Origin: Octopus vulgaris
Taxonomy: Eukaryota
Length of the DNA stretch: 64,000 nucleotides
Assembly: GCA_951406725.2 (NCBI GenBank)
Contig: OX597843.1
Span: forward strand, 14,322,001 to 14,386,000
Direction of reading: 5' to 3'
Position numbers and translations under genes: made by a program
The notes under the pieces: model-generated
Told to the model about the DNA's origin: nothing
Seen by the model: the letters and a program-made list of their open reading frames with translations, nothing else
The model's database searches: none
In this document: positions 1 to 13,665 of the stretch, in pieces
Layout of the letters: every line of letters starts with the position of its first letter
Numbering within the stretch: position 1 is the stretch's first letter

Positions 1-128
1 TCCCTCTATACACTAACTCTCCCTCTTTCCCTGTCCATCTCTCTCTATTTCTCTGCATCTGTCTGTGTGTCTCTCACTGTCTCTCAGTTTCCGATGGAGG
101 AAAAACAGTAGTTAAGGGTGAGTGGGGG

Positions 129-157
129 GAGAGAGAGAGAGAGAAAGAAAGAAAGAA

Positions 158-210
<53 letters not shown>
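129..210. repeat. (GA)n/(GAAA)n microsatellite
   Basis: Direct reading of the sequence. Confidence 0.95.
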
Positions 211-213
<3 letters not shown>

Positions 214-399
214 TGATGATGTGACCTTTTTATAGGTTATTACTGGATTATATAAACTGCACACGTGGGAAAGTGTGTGTGTGTGTGTTTATATACACAC
301 ACAAACACACAAGTGTGCATAAGTTTGTATACACACATACTTGTATATACACACACATACACAAGTAAGCTGGACAATAATTACTTCACTGGTACTCAA

Positions 400-447
400 C
401 CACCACCACCACCACCACCACCACCACCACCACCACCACCACCACCA
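400..447. repeat. (CCA)n microsatellite
   Basis: Direct reading; explains the poly-Pro and poly-Trp ORFs. Confidence 0.95.
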
Positions 448-1989
448 TACAGTAATACAAAGCTGAACCATAATTAGCAATTTGGAAAATTAATAGTCTG
501 GGGGGAACTGGTGGGGGAGGGAGAAAGGAGAGGGGGAGAGAATGAGAGAGAGAGAGAGAGAAAGGTAAGTGAAAATAAGATGAGGAAGAAAGCAGAATGA
601 AGGGAAAAAGATTTGAAGATAACCCCTACCCTGCTCCCCAACACACTATTAATAGCAAGAAGTGTGTGTGTGTGTTGTGGGGGTTCCTCTGAAAGTGGGG
701 GATAGGTAATAAACAGTCCTTCAACTAAGACAATGTAAAACAAGAAGAAAAGAAAAAACTGGAAGCAGAATGGGGGACAAAGCATCTGCTGAGTTGAGTG
801 AGGCAACTGGTGTCTCACTGTTTATAATGACTAATTTAGAGCAGACCTTGTCTATCTTTTGTAGCTTAGTGACCCCCTACCACTGAATGGAATGGCATAT
901 CATTAATGCTCCCCTGGGTCTTGGGGGGGGGGGGCAGATTTTTAATCAAATAGAAGCAAATTTTGCTCAGTGTTTAACTGTCCAAATTTCTTAATCTATT
1001 CCACTGGACATGTTTGTCCACCTTTTAGCGCCCTCTATGTTCAGTTTTTATGGAAACTACTGAAGAAAGTGAGGCCTTTTAAAATGAAAGTATTTTGCAC
1101 ATTGGTACAGCATCAGTCATTAGACTGTGGCCATGCTGGGGCAACACCTTGAAGAATATTTTGGTGAATGAATTAACCCCAGTTCTTACGTTTTTTGAAA
1201 GCCTAATTATTATTCTGTTGGTCTCTTTTACCAAACTGCAAAGCTACAAGGACATAAACACACCGAAAGGCGTGTTTATGTGGCAGGGAACAAAGACACA
1301 CCTATCATCATTTAACATTCATTTTCCATGCTGGCATGGGTTAGATGGTTTGACTGGAACCAGAAAGCCAGAGAGCCACCATCAACTTCTACTGTCTGAT
1401 CTGGCATGGTTTCTATGGCCGGATGCCCTTCCGAACACCAACCACTTCACAGAGTGGCACTGGGTGTCATTTACATGCTACCAGCACGGGTACCTTTTGT
1501 GTCTCAGAGAGGCTTCTTTCAGTTTCTGTTTACCAAATCCAAACACTAGATTTTGGTCAGTCTGTGACTTATAACAAAAGAGACTTGTCCAAGGTTTCAC
1601 ACAACGGGACTGAACCTGGAACCATGTGGTTGGGAAGCAAGCTCCTTGCCACACCGCCACACCGATGCCTATTCACTAACATAATCTCCTTCTTCTACAC
1701 GTAAGACATTCGAGTGGACTTGTGCCTTCTCTTTTAAATGACTAAAGAAGATGAAGACTTCTAGAATGAAATTCTATTGGACCTTGCTACAAACATCAAT
1801 CGTGTTTTCTGCTCCCCTCATACACAACCACCTCCTCATACACAAAAGACATAAGTAGGGACTGACCTGGGGTTAAACAACATGGAAGGGCATGATGTTG
1901 CTCTTAATGCACTATTTCTGAATAAAAGACAGGGTGGTCATAGCTGGAACATCTTTGATTACTTGTGGCTGTGGTATCAGGCGATATAA

Positions 1990-2225
1990 GGCGGCGAACT
2001 GGCAGAATTGTTAGCATGCCGGGCGAAATGCTTTGTGGTATTTCGTCCCTCGCTGCGTTCTAAGTTCAAATTCCGCCGGGGGTCGACTTTGCCTTTCATC
2101 CTTTCGGGGTCTATAAATTAAGTACCAGTGACACACTGGGGTCGATATAATCGACTTAATACCTATGTCTGTCCTTGTTTGTCCCCTCTGTGTTTAGCCC
2201 CTTGTGGGTAGTAAAGAAATAGGTA
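1990..2225 (+). mobile_element. tRNA-derived SINE, family C (Meta-domain-like body)
   Basis: Head with A-box-like TGGCAGAA and B-box-like GTTCAAATT; body GCCTTTCATCCTTTCGGGGTC..ATAAATTAAGTACC resembles the SINE Meta domain (from recall). Other copies at ~10700-10924, 17592-17800, 31813-32042 (minus). Confidence 0.8.
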
Positions 2226-2573
2226 TCAACCTAAAGAAACTGTGTGATTTATCCTAGAAAATATTCCCTTATCTGGGGCCACTGGGGCTGGTGGGGTTTC
2301 ATTGGGACTTTTTGAGTTGGAATCCCACCAGAAGCGTCAACTTCACCTTTCCTCTTTTTCGGGGTCAATAAGATCCAGAACTGGCAAAATATTTGGGTTG
2401 TTAACATCAACCACTCACCTCCTCCCTCTGAAGTAAAGACCAAACACCCAAACACACAGCGTGCGTGTGCGTTTAATTGGCCAAATATGCCCATCCCCAC
2501 CAACTAGAACAATGTTTCAACAAACGATTTCATATCAGAAATCTTGCAAAACAAATATGTGTGTGTGTGTGTA

Positions 2574-2963
2574 GGTGTGCAGGCATAGCTGTGTGGTAAG
2601 AAGCTTGCTCCCCAACTACAGAGTTCGGGGTTCAATCCCACTGTGTGGCACCTTGGGAAAGTGTTTCTACTATGGCCTTGGGCCAACCAAAACCTTACGA
2701 GTGGATTTGGTAGTTGGAAACTGAAAGAAACCCATGGTATGTATGTATATATATGTGTGTGTGTGTGTGTGTGTCTCCCCATCATTGCTTGGCAACCGGT
2801 GTTGGTGTGTTTACAGCCATGTACCTTAGTGGTCGGTAAACAAGGTTGACAGAATAAGTACTAGGCTTATAAAATAAGTCCTGGGGTTGATTTGCACAAC
2901 TAAAACCCTTCAAGGTGGTGCTTCAGCATGGCTGCAGTCAAATGACTGAAACAAGAGTAAAAA
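2574..2963 (+). mobile_element. tRNA-derived SINE, family A (CORE-like, bipartite with internal microsatellite)
   Basis: A box GCTGTGTGG, B box GGTTCAATCC, CORE-like GCACCTTGGG, internal (TA)n(TG)n, 3' end CAGCATGGCTGCAGTCAAATGACTGAAACAAG; over 20 full or partial copies in the window. Confidence 0.85.
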
Positions 2964-4074
2964 TAGTATAGACACACACACACAATGGGCTTCCACACAG
3001 TTTTTTCCATCTACCAAATTGGTCATTGGTCAGTTTCGGTCTATTAGTAGAAGACTTTTAAGCAAAGTGCTGCTGGCCAGGACTTGAACCTGAAACCACA
3101 CGGTTGCAAAGCAGAGCTTCTTAGCCACACAGCCAGGCTGAAGATATTGTCTCCACCACCACCACTGCCTCCTCACCCCATCCCCTGCCACCACTGTACC
3201 CTATCATTATACCCTCCAGTTATACAGGGTAGCAGCAGTAGTAGTAGCAGTGGTAGTAGCAGTGGTAGTAGAAGCTGTTGAACATATTTGGAAAGGAGGA
3301 AACTTAATGGAAGTTTAACAACCACCTGGGGTGGTGGAAGTAAGGGTAGTGATGATGGTGGTGGTGGTAGTGGTGGTGGTTTTGGTGGTGTATATGATGG
3401 TTTGTGGCTTAAAATAGGTCATCACCAATTTGGTTGTAAGAAGGAGAGAGTGGGGGGGATGAGGAGGGGGGCGGGGGCGAGGGGGTGGAAGGGTAGAGGG
3501 GGGGTTACCCCTCTGTCAACTTTATGCAAACAAACTTTACATATTTTTTTCTTTGGTGACCCAGCAGCAGCAGATCTTGACTAGACATGGCTTGCAAGGC
3601 TAAGGGTGGCTGGCAGTGAGGGGTGGTGATGGTGGTGGTGGGGGTGGGGGCAGTTTTGTGAATATAATGGTCATAGCGGTGATGGTGATGGTGGCAGGGG
3701 GCCCTCAGCTTAGTGGTGGTGTTGGTGTTGATGTTTATAGTTTTAATAGTTGTGGTGACCAGGAGACAATCTTGTTAGCATGGTGGTGGTGGTGGTGGTG
3801 GTAAAATGGAGTTCCTTGTGGAGGGGGTAGCTGCAAGTGAGAGGGGAGCTTGGTTGCTAAAAAAAAAAAAATTACTAATGCTACTACTACTAATACTACA
3901 AACACAAACCACAAAACTGAAAGAAAGCACTGACTCTGCTAGAAACAGCAAGCAAATCTCCCTCACAAGTACACACATGTATGAACATGAGCAAGTGATG
4001 TATCTAAATTATTTGACATGCTAGAAATAGCAACTTAATCTTTCTTAAAGCATGCTTTACACTGTCAAAAACTG

Positions 4075-4685
4075 AAGGACACATTGAGTGGAAGCTTTGG
4101 GTGCAGTGTGCAGAAATAAGATGGAATGTCTTTGATCAGGTGTTTTGGATCGAGACTGCCCGGGGCTAAACAACAACACCAAGGAAGGACATATTTGATA
4201 ATGTAGTCCTAGATACACTGTGACTAAAGGATAGTCACAGGTGGAACATCTATGATCATGAGACAACTGGATTCTGACTGACCAGGGCTAAACAACACCA
4301 AGGAAGGATACATTAGATAATGTAGTCCTAGATACACAATGCCAAAATAAAAGACAGGATGGTCACAGCTGGAACATCTTTAAACATGTCTGCTGGACCA
4401 GGGCAGCCCTGGCGCTAAAGAACAACAGAAACAAGGAAGGACACGTTAGATAATGTACTCCTAGATCACTATGCCTGAATAAGAGACAGGATGGTCACAG
4501 TTGGAACATTTCTGACCATAAGTTCGCTTGATATGCAGTGACCTGGTGTTAAACAACAACAACACATTAGATAATGTAGTCCTACATACACTATGTCTGA
4601 ATAAAAGACAGGGTGGTCACAGGTGGAACATCTTTGATTATAGGTCTGCTGGATCAAGACTGACCTAGGGCTAAACAACAAGAGC
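4075..4685 (+). repeat. Degenerate tandem array (~120-bp unit, ~5 copies) of the 3' part of dispersed repeat family F
   Basis: Recurrent GATAATGTAGTCCTAGATACAC...GGTCACAG.TGGAACATCT...GGGCTAAACAAC; related sequence at ~1860-1960, 14290-14400, 22105-22390. Confidence 0.75.
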
Positions 4686-4856
4686 ATAATTGTTTATAAA
4701 GACCAAACCTGTTCCCAATCATTGTTTTATGTCCACTCATCTATGCTGGCATGGGTTAGATGGATCCTCTCCCACATAGCACCCTCACTGCTTGCGTTCC
4801 CTCCTCATCTCCGTCCCTCAACATCTTGCAATCAGCTTTCATCATTTCTGCCCATA

Positions 4857-5245
4857 GGTACAAGCGTGGCTGTGTGGTAAGAAGCTTGCTTCCCAACCAC
4901 ATGGTTCCAGGTTCAGTCCCACTGCATGGCACCTTAGGCAAATGTCTTTTACTATAGCCTCAAGCTGACCAAAGACTTGTGAGTGGATTTGGTAGATGGA
5001 AACTGAAAGAAGCCCCAGCATGTATATATAACGTGTGTGTGTGTTTGTCCTCCCCCCCTCTTGAAAACTGATATTTATGTGTGTACATCCTCATAACTTA
5101 GTGGTTTGGAAAAAGAGACTCATAGAATAAGTACCAGGCATAAAAAACAAACAAAACAAGTGCAGGGGTCGATTAATGGGGACTAAAAACACTTCAAGGT
5201 GGTGCCCCAGCATGGTCACTGTCTAAAGCTGAAACATGTAAAAGT
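4857..5245 (+). mobile_element. SINE family A
   Basis: Same head, body and tail as 2574-2963. Confidence 0.85.
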
Positions 5246-5517
5246 TAAAAGATGTCTTCCTTGATGCCCCAATTCACCTGGGACCTTTTTAGCCACCTGT
5301 CCTCATCCATACACATTACCTGTCCCCTACCAAAACAACAGAGACCCTCATCCCTCTCACTCCCTGTTTTTTGATTTGGTAGACGGAAACCCAGCCACAA
5401 AACCATGCCAAAGCAGACCTCACCAGTGCTGGTGCTCCCTAAAAACCACCAAGTCCACTCTGTAAAGTGGTCGAAGTTGGCCATCCAGCTGCAAGAATCA
5501 TGCCAAAGCTGAGTGTG

Positions 5518-6060
5518 GAGGCACGTGGCTCAGTGGTTAGGGTGTCAGCACCATGATCGTAAGATTGTGGTTTCGATTCCTGGACCGGGCGACGCGTTGT
5601 GTTCTTGAACAAAACCCTTCATTTCACGTTGCTCCAGTCCTCTCAGCTGGCAAAAATGAGTAACGCTGCGATGGACTGGCGTCCCATCCAGCTGGAGAAC
5701 ACATACGCCACTGAAACCGGGCCCATGAGCCTGGCTAGGCTTTAAAAGGGCACATTTATTTGGAGGCACATGGCCTAGTGGTTAGAGCAGCAGCCTCACG
5801 GTTGTGGGATCGCGGGTTCGAATCTCAGACTGGGCGATGTGTGTGTTTATGAGCGAAAACACCTAAGCTCCACACGGCTCCGGCAGAAGGTAATGGCAAA
5901 ACTTCTGCTGACTCTTTCGCCACAACATTCTCTCACTCTTTCCTCCATCTTGCAGCTCACCTGCGATGGACTGGCGTCCCGTCCAGGTGGGGAACCTATA
6001 CGCCAAAGAAACAGGGAAACCGGCCCTTATGAGCCTGGCATGGCTTGAGAAGGAACAAAC
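5518..6060 (+). mobile_element. Two adjacent tRNA-derived SINEs (5518-5760; 5762-6060)
   Basis: Each starts GGAGGCAC.TGGC..AGTGGTTAG (A box) with G(G/T)TTCGA(A/T)T B box; shared GCGATGGACTGGCGTCCC.TCCAG segment. Confidence 0.75.
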
Positions 6061-6768
6061 AAAGCTGACAGTGGAGCTTAGCACAGTCCATGGGCTTACC
6101 AGCTGAAGAAATCAAGCCAAACCAGACTGGAGCCTGGTGCAGCTTTCCTGCTCATCAGATCCAGTAAAACTGTCTAACCCATGCCAGCATGGAAAGCAGA
6201 CGTAAATGATGATGATGATGATGGCTATTTGCAGCAGAAATCACTGTTATCCCATTTATTGTTGGCAGCAAAATTTGGTTGGTACGAGGAAAGTGGGTAC
6301 CTGCCACCGAGGAGGCACATGTATGCTGAAATCACGCGATCTTGCAATCCTGGCACCCATTCCAAATGGTCCTTGTCTGCTAGAGATATACAGTTGTGCT
6401 CTTAGTATCGGACATCTACATGAGAGAACCTTCAAAGTTGTTTTACAGGGCTGGGAAAAACTGAAAGACCACCGCAACAAGTGTTGGATCTGAGAGGTGA
6501 ATAATGGTGAATAAAATCATAATTAACTGATCCTTCCTGTATTTTCTTTTAGCTAAAGTCAGAAACTTTTCAGCATGTGTGTATGTACATGCATGCGTGT
6601 GTGTGTGTATGTGTGCACACACGCATGTGTGTGTGTATGTATATATATATATATATATATAATTTAAATAACGAGGGAGATAAATTGAATATTAATTTAA
6701 TTAATATCAATTTAAAACCAGTAGCCTAGCATACAAAAATCTGGAAAATCAGAGAAAAGTCTAATACA

Positions 6769-6934
6769 TGTGTATATTTGAAGTGCAAAACCACTAGGTG
6801 GCATGTGCATATGCTAGAAGTAGATCACCTACGATCAAACTACAAAGAAAAGAATGTTCTCTAGAGGAAGATTCAGCGATCTACTTCTAGCATACGGCCA
6901 ACCACCTAGTGGTTTTGCTCTTCAAATATACACA
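6769..6934. repeat. Inverted repeat / foldback element, ~58-bp arms
   Basis: TATATTTGAAGTGCAAAACCACTAGGTGG...TATGCTAGAAGTAGATC pairs with GATCTACTTCTAGCATA...CCACCTAGTGGTTTTGCTCTTCAAATATA. Confidence 0.85.
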
Positions 6935-7293
6935 CACACACACACATGTGTGTGTGTGTATCAGTGTTTGTCCGCCTTCCTCCAGTGCTTGACAACCAGT
7001 GTTGGTGTGTTTACACCCTCACATCTTAGCTTAACAAAAAGAGACCGATAGAATAAATACCAGGTTTAAAATTAAAAAAATACTGGGGTCAATTTGCTCA
7101 ACTACAGTTTTTAAAGGCAGTGCCCCAGCATGGCCACACTAATGGCAGAGACAAGTAAAAGAAAAGATACATAAACAGACCGATGTGTGTAGGAGGGTAA
7201 ATCTCCTGTTACCCCCACCACAAGGCATCAAGCTGTGTCTGTGTGTCTGAGAGTGTGGTTATGTTTACATATGGTTGTAAATATATATATATA

Positions 7294-7473
7294 TATATTA
7301 ATTATAATAAAGGGTTAATTGCAACAAGTTGCTCAAAACCACATACTGAAAATATTAGAAATAGCAGCCAAATAGTAGGAGAAATAGTGACCCATTTGGC
7401 TGCTATTTCTAATATTTTCGGTATGTGGTTTTGAGCAACTTGTTGCAATTAACCCTTTATTATAATTAATATA
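7294..7473. repeat. Near-perfect 80-bp inverted repeat with 20-nt loop
   Basis: Arms 7294-7373 and 7394-7473; one mismatch seen, which is G-U in RNA. Confidence 0.9.
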
Positions 7474-7563
7474 ATCCTTACCAAATATGGTCTTTTCCAT
7501 ACTGAAAAATCTACTAGGTGAAATTTATTAATTTTATTAAATTAATTATATTTCACCCTTTTT

Positions 7564-7615
<52 letters not shown>

Positions 7616-7964
7616 TATATATATATACTGTGTGTAGGATTGTGTGGGTGTGAGAGAGGGAGGCTAGTCTTAAGCCGATCATACACCAAGGCTTGAGTTA
7701 CAGGGTATGTCTGTGTGTTATGTATGTCTGTGCGTACACAAACATATATACCAATGCATAGACACACATATAAGTCCTGGGGCTAAAACAACAATAACAT
7801 CAGCCTATACAGGACTTCCATGTTATGTTGGTCTATAAACATTATACATACACACACATACATATATATATATACATATATATATAAACAAGAAAACACA
7901 ACAATGCGAGGACGTGGAACACGTAGTATAATATGGACGCTCAGGATGGAAGGGAAGAAGGAGG

Positions 7965-7999
7965 GTTTAATGTTTCGAGTGGAGGTCTTCGTCGGAAAC
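7965..7999 (-). ncRNA. Minimal type I hammerhead-like motif (U4C core) in a ~190-bp dispersed element (7885-8072)
   Basis: Minus strand reads GTTT-CCGACGA-A-GACCTCCACTC-GAAAC-ATT-AAAC; second copy at 46861-46895. Confidence 0.5.
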
Positions 8000-8751
8000 A
8001 TAGGAGAAGGAAAGATCCAGAGAAGGGAAGACAGAGGGAAAAAAAATCGCCAACGGTACACACGAGGTCACATACACAAACATATGCATACATACTCATG
8101 TGTGTGTGTGTATACATACACAAACATGTCTATATATTTGTATACATATATACATTCATAAACATGTATACACACATACATCCAAATAAAAAAATATGCA
8201 TATAATATATATATCACGCACACACACATAGTGAATGACTGCACATGCAATATCAGTCTGTCTATGTAGTATGGTGATAGCTGCTACATGGCAGAAGGAC
8301 ATGTGGAGTATTGAATGTGGGAAGAAAGTTTATGTAGTGAGAGAAGGGGAGAGAGGAGCAAAAGAATCGTATCCTTTAACATGAGAGCAACTCATGTGGC
8401 ATTGAATGTGGGATGGACATGTGGTGCACATGTAGAGAGTTAGGGTATCACCTCGGTACTGTTATCAGCTGATATGTGTTGGGTGGGGAGAGGGAGGGAG
8501 AAACGGTTGTGCTGGAAGAGTCACAAAGAGTCACGGTGACTTAGTAGTGTGAGTCATGGTGTGTTTGTTGCTGTTTGGTGAAGAGGAAAGCAGAAGGATG
8601 GAGGATGAGATCTGGTTATGATGTGTGTGTGTGTGTGTGCTAATAAACCGTGTGGGAGACAGACATGGGGTAATGAAGAATGTGGAAGACAGAGAGAGAG
8701 AGAGAAATACACGGTGAGAATATCCGATTTCCTTCTATACTGTTAACAAAT

Positions 8752-9110
8752 AGGTGCAGGAGTGGCTGTGTGGTAAGTAGCTTGTTTACCAACCACATGG
8801 TTCCGGGTTCAGTCCCGCTGCGTGGCACCTTGGGCAAGTGTCTTCTGCTATAGCCTCAGGCTGACCAAAGCCTTGTGAGTGGATTTGGGAGACGGAAACT
8901 GAAAGAAGCCCGTCGTATATATGTATATATATATATGCGTGTGTGTGTTTGTCCCCCTAGCATTGCTTGACAACCGATGCTGGTGTGTTTATGTCCCCGT
9001 TACTTAGCGGTTCGGCAAAAGAGACCGATAGAATAAATAAGTCGATTTGCTCGACTAAAGGCGGTGCTCCAGCATGGCCGCAGTCAAAATGACTGAAACA
9101 AGTAAAAAGA
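8752..9110 (+). mobile_element. SINE family A
   Basis: Near-consensus copy. Confidence 0.9.
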
Positions 9111-9792
9111 AAAAGAAAGAAAAAGAAAAAGAAAGAGAAAGAAAAAGAAAAAAGAAAGAAATACCACACACACATGCGTATACATATAGCCATATAAACA
9201 GATACACATATAAATGCACATACATGTACAAGTATATACATACCTATATATACAAATACATATATATACATACCCAGACACATACAATATACGTATACAC
9301 CCAGACACACACGTATATACACATTGTCGAACATGCAAGGCTGTTGTCCTATAAAACTGTTCTGCTTTCAGAACGGTGGGACAAAAGACATCTTAAAGCC
9401 ACACACGCAGCTATCATTATCTTTTGTTTCAGTCAGTAGACACTGGCCATGCTGGGGCACCACCATGAAGAACCTTTAGTCAAAATGAATTGACCCCCCA
9501 CCCCTCAGTACGGGTTTTCTTAAAGCCTGGTACTTATTCTATCAGTCTCTTTTACCAAACTGCAAGGGATGTAAACACACCAACACTAGTTGTAGAGTGG
9601 TGTTGGAGGACAGACACAGAGAGACACACAGTTTTCATCTACCAAAATCCACTCAAAGGCTTTGGTCGGCCCAAGGTTATAGAAGACATCCAACCAAGGT
9701 GCCATGCAGAGGGACTGAACCTAGAACCATGTGGGTGGGAAGCAAACTTCTTACCACACACCCACTCTTGCACATATATATATATATATAGT

Positions 9793-10094
9793 GGAGGCGC
9801 AATGGCCCAGTGGTTAGGGCAGCAGACTCGCGGTCGTAGGATTGTGGTTTCGATTCCCAGACTGGGTGTTGTGAGTGTTTATTGAGCGAAAACACCTAAA
9901 AACTCCACGAGGCTCTGGCAGGGGATGGTGGTGATCCCTGCTGTACTCTTTCACCACTCTTTCTCCCACTCTTTCTTCTGTTGGCCTGCTCGCTTACCCA
10001 GCGGGGTGGCCTCACTTGATGGCTAAATCAATGCGAAGCGCATTGTGACCAGCGATGTGTAGCAACATCTGATAGTCTGGTCGGTCACGTGATC
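9793..10094 (+). mobile_element. tRNA-derived SINE, family B (tRNA-Arg-like head)
   Basis: GGAGGCGCAATGGCCCAGTGGTTAGGGCAGCAGACTCGCGGTC...TTCGATTCC head; 3' end CATCTGATAG.CTGGTCGGTCAC; copies at ~11830-12028(-), 15832-16080, 33420-33720, 49342-49643(-). Confidence 0.85.
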
Positions 10095-10260
10095 AATATA
10101 TATATATATATATATATGTAAACAGAGTTAGCGGTTATAGTAACCGACTAAGGGATAAGATATCCGTATATACTATCGGTATCAGTTACCTGTATTATAC
10201 CTGGGCATTGGTGTGCAGGTAACAAGAGGATAAACAAGAGTTTATCAGGAACCAATGCAA

Positions 10261-10654
10261 ATAATTAGAAAGCGGAGAAAACCACAGATTAACCAACACA
10301 TCGGTTGGACCAATTATGGGATATTTTTTTCATACAAAGCATCACATAACAAAGCAGGTGACGTAACATATCTTCTGGCCATTTTCCAGACTATTCCTCT
10401 AAGCCATGTTTTCTTTGCTTTTGTTTATATTGTCTGCTCTTGTTTTTCACTCTGATGAAGATCCGTTGCCTTAATGCCTGATGAAGATGGAGAATTTTAT
10501 CCTCACATTTATTTATAGACTGCATTTTGGCAATCTGATCAGTAACGGCCGTAATATATTTTATGTCATCACCTATTTTATGTCATGCTTTGTATTAAAA
10601 GACAAGCCATGGGGTTCAATCGAGGTTAATCTGTGGTTTTCTCCATTTTCTAAT

Positions 10655-10657
<3 letters not shown>
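10261..10657. mobile_element. Element with long imperfect terminal inverted repeats next to (TA)n
   Basis: ATAATTAGAAAGCGGAGAAAACCACAGATTAACC vs GGTTAATCTGTGGTTTTCTCCATTTTCTAATTAT, with further internal complementarity; two CTGATGAAG motifs inside. Confidence 0.65.
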
Positions 10658-10701
<44 letters not shown>

Positions 10702-12138
10702 CTTTATTACCCACAAGGGGCTAAACACAGTGGGGACAAACAAGGACAAACGGATTAAGTCGGTTACATCAACCCCAGTGCGTAACTGGTACTTAATTTA
10801 TTGACCCTGAAAGGATGAAAGGCAAAGTCAACCTCGGCGGAATTTGAACCCAGAACGTAACGGCAGACGAAATATGGCTACGCATTTCGCCCAGCATGCT
10901 AACCTTTCTGCCAGCTCGCCGCCGTCTATATATATATTGTGTGTGTGTGTGTGTGTGTGTATTTGCCACCCCCACCCCATTGCTCAACAACTGATATTGG
11001 TGTGTTTGCATCCTTGTAACTTAGTGGTTTGGCAAAAGCAACTGATAGAATAAATCTTGGGGTTGATTTGTTCAACAAAAGGTGGTGTTCCAGCATGGCC
11101 ACAGTCAAAATGACTGAAACAAATGAAAGAAAAAAAAAAAAAATCTATATATATATATATACACACACACACATACATACATACATACATACACATATGA
11201 CAAGTTTTCTTTCAGTTTCCATCTGCCAAATCCACTCACAAGGCTTTGCTTGGGCTGAGGCTATAGTAGAAGACACTTGCCCAAGGTGCCACACAGAGGG
11301 ATTGAACCTGGAACCAGGTGATTGGGAAGCTGACTTCTTACTACACAGTCATATCCGAGTACATGCTCGCGCGTGTGTGTGTGGAGGTGTGTGTGTGCAC
11401 ATGCATATATATTACACTTTCATACAATTTCCATCGACAAGGTATTGGCCAGTCCTAATCTGAAGAAAAAAAATTGCCAAAGGAGCCATGCAGTAGGATG
11501 GAACTCATAACCTTGTGATCTCCTTCGGTGATGAATGACCATGGAATTGCACCTAGAATGTTACCCTCCGAGGCACAAGTCCGGGTAAGGTTGTTTATGG
11601 AAGACCAGCAGTCACCCACGCATACCAGCCCCCTCTCTTCACGCCACTGATGTTATCCAAGGGAAAGGCAAAGGGGCCGATACAGCTTGGCACCATTGAC
11701 GTCGCAGCTCATTTATTAACGTGTAAGTGGCTGAGTACTCCACAGACACATGTACCCTTAACGTAGTTCTCGGAGAGATTCAGTGTGACACAGAATGTGA
11801 CAAGGCTGGCCCCTTTGAAATACAGGTACAAGAGAAAGAGGAAGAAAGAGGGAGAGAAAGTTGTGGCGAAAGAGTACAGCAGGGTTCACGACTACCCCCT
11901 GCTGGAACCTTGTGGAGCTTTAGGTGTTTTCGCTCAATAAACACTCACAATGCCCGGTCTGGGAATCGAAACCGTGATCCTATGACCACGAGTCCGCTGC
12001 CCTAACCACTGGGCCACTGGGCCTCCACTCATAACTACATGGTTGCAAACCTCAAACAAGAATGGAAATAGAGAAACTCAGAGCAACAACTAGGCTGAAT
12101 CTAATATTTCACTTAACTCCTCACCTCATTTGCAAATC

Positions 12139-12188
<50 letters not shown>

Positions 12189-12374
12189 GATCCTTTCTGG
12201 AGTTGCTTGACCTGCTAGAAACAGCAACCAAAATTTCAAATATGAAGACCTTGGTATACAGAAAAGAAACCAAGAAAAAAAACTGGATGGTCAGAATTAG
12301 AATGCCTTTGTTCATAGGTCAACAGGATGAGGACTAGCTCATATCCTTTATACAAAAATCTTTATACAATCATT

Positions 12375-13665
12375 TGAATTGTTAGGTATAGCAGCAAAAT
12401 CACCCTCAAATCACACCCTACTCTCTTATGTATGTATATATGTATGTATAAGCCAATGAGGGAGACCTCTACATGGTAGCTAGACATGGTAGAAATAGCA
12501 GCCAAATCTCCCTCAAATCACACCCTACAGTCTTATCTATGTATATATGTATGTATGAGCCAATGAGGGAGACCCCTACCTGGTAGCTAGACATGGTAGA
12601 AATAGCAGCCAAATCTCCCTCAAATCACACCCTACTCTCTTATGTATGTATATATGTATGAGCCAATGAGGGAGACCTCTACATGATAGCTAGACCTGGT
12701 AGAAATAGCAGCAAAATCACCCTCAAATCACACCCTACTCTCTTATGTATGTATATATGTATGTATGAGCCAATGAGGGAGACCTCTACATGGTAGCTAG
12801 GCTTCCTTGAAATAGCAGGCAAATCTCCCTCAAATCACACCTTACTCTCTTATGTATGTATATATGTATGTATGAGCCAATGAGGGAGACCCCTACCTGG
12901 TAGCTAGACATGGTAGAAATAGCAGCCAAATCACTCTCAAATCACACCCTACTCTCTTATGTATGTATATATGTATGTATGAGCCAATGAGGGAGACCTC
13001 TACATGATAGCTAGACCTGGTAGAAATAGCAGCCAAATCTCCCTCAAATCACACCCTACTCTCATGTATATATGTATGTATGAGCCAATGAGGGAGACCT
13101 CTACATGGTAGCTAGACATGGTAGAAATAGCAGCCAAATCACCCTCAAATCACACCCTACTCTCTTATGTATGTATTTATGTATGTATGAGCCAATGAGG
13201 GAGACCTCTACATGGTAGCTAGACATGGTAGAAATAGCAGCCAAATCTCCCTCAAATCACACCCTACTCTCTTATGTATGTATATATGTATGTATGAGCC
13301 AATGAGGGAGACCTCTACATGATAGCTAGACCTGGTAGAAATAGCAGCCAAATCTCCCTCAAATCACACCCTACTCTCATGTATATATGTATGTATGAGC
13401 CAATGAGGGAGACCTCTACATGGTAGCTAGATCTGGTAGAAATAGCAGCAAAATCACTCTCAAATCACACCCTACTCTCTTATGTATGTATATATGTATG
13501 TATGAGCCAATGAGGGAGACCTCTACATGGTAGCTAGACCTGGTAGAAATAGCAGCCAAATCTCCCTCAAATCACACCTTACTGTCTTATGTATGTATAT
13601 ATGTATGTATGAGTCAATTAGGGAGACTTCTACATCAGATAAAAATAGCAGCCAAATCTCTCTCA
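12375..13665 (+). repeat. Satellite array, ~12 units of 101-107 bp
   Basis: GCCAATGAGGGAGACC recurs at 12452, 12559, 12662, 12769, 12876, 12983, 13084, 13191, 13298, 13399, 13506 and degenerately at 13613. Confidence 0.95.

Noticed and set aside
9793-9870. tRNA-like sequences (also heads of other SINEs)
   Set aside because: Always fused to SINE bodies and lack a proper acceptor stem; not tRNA genes.
10450-10510. Two CTGATGAAG motifs as hammerheads
   Set aside because: No downstream GAAA core or supporting stems.
12375-13665. Regularly spaced repeats suggestive of a CRISPR array
   Set aside because: No unique spacers, whole units repeat, no cas genes, eukaryotic context.
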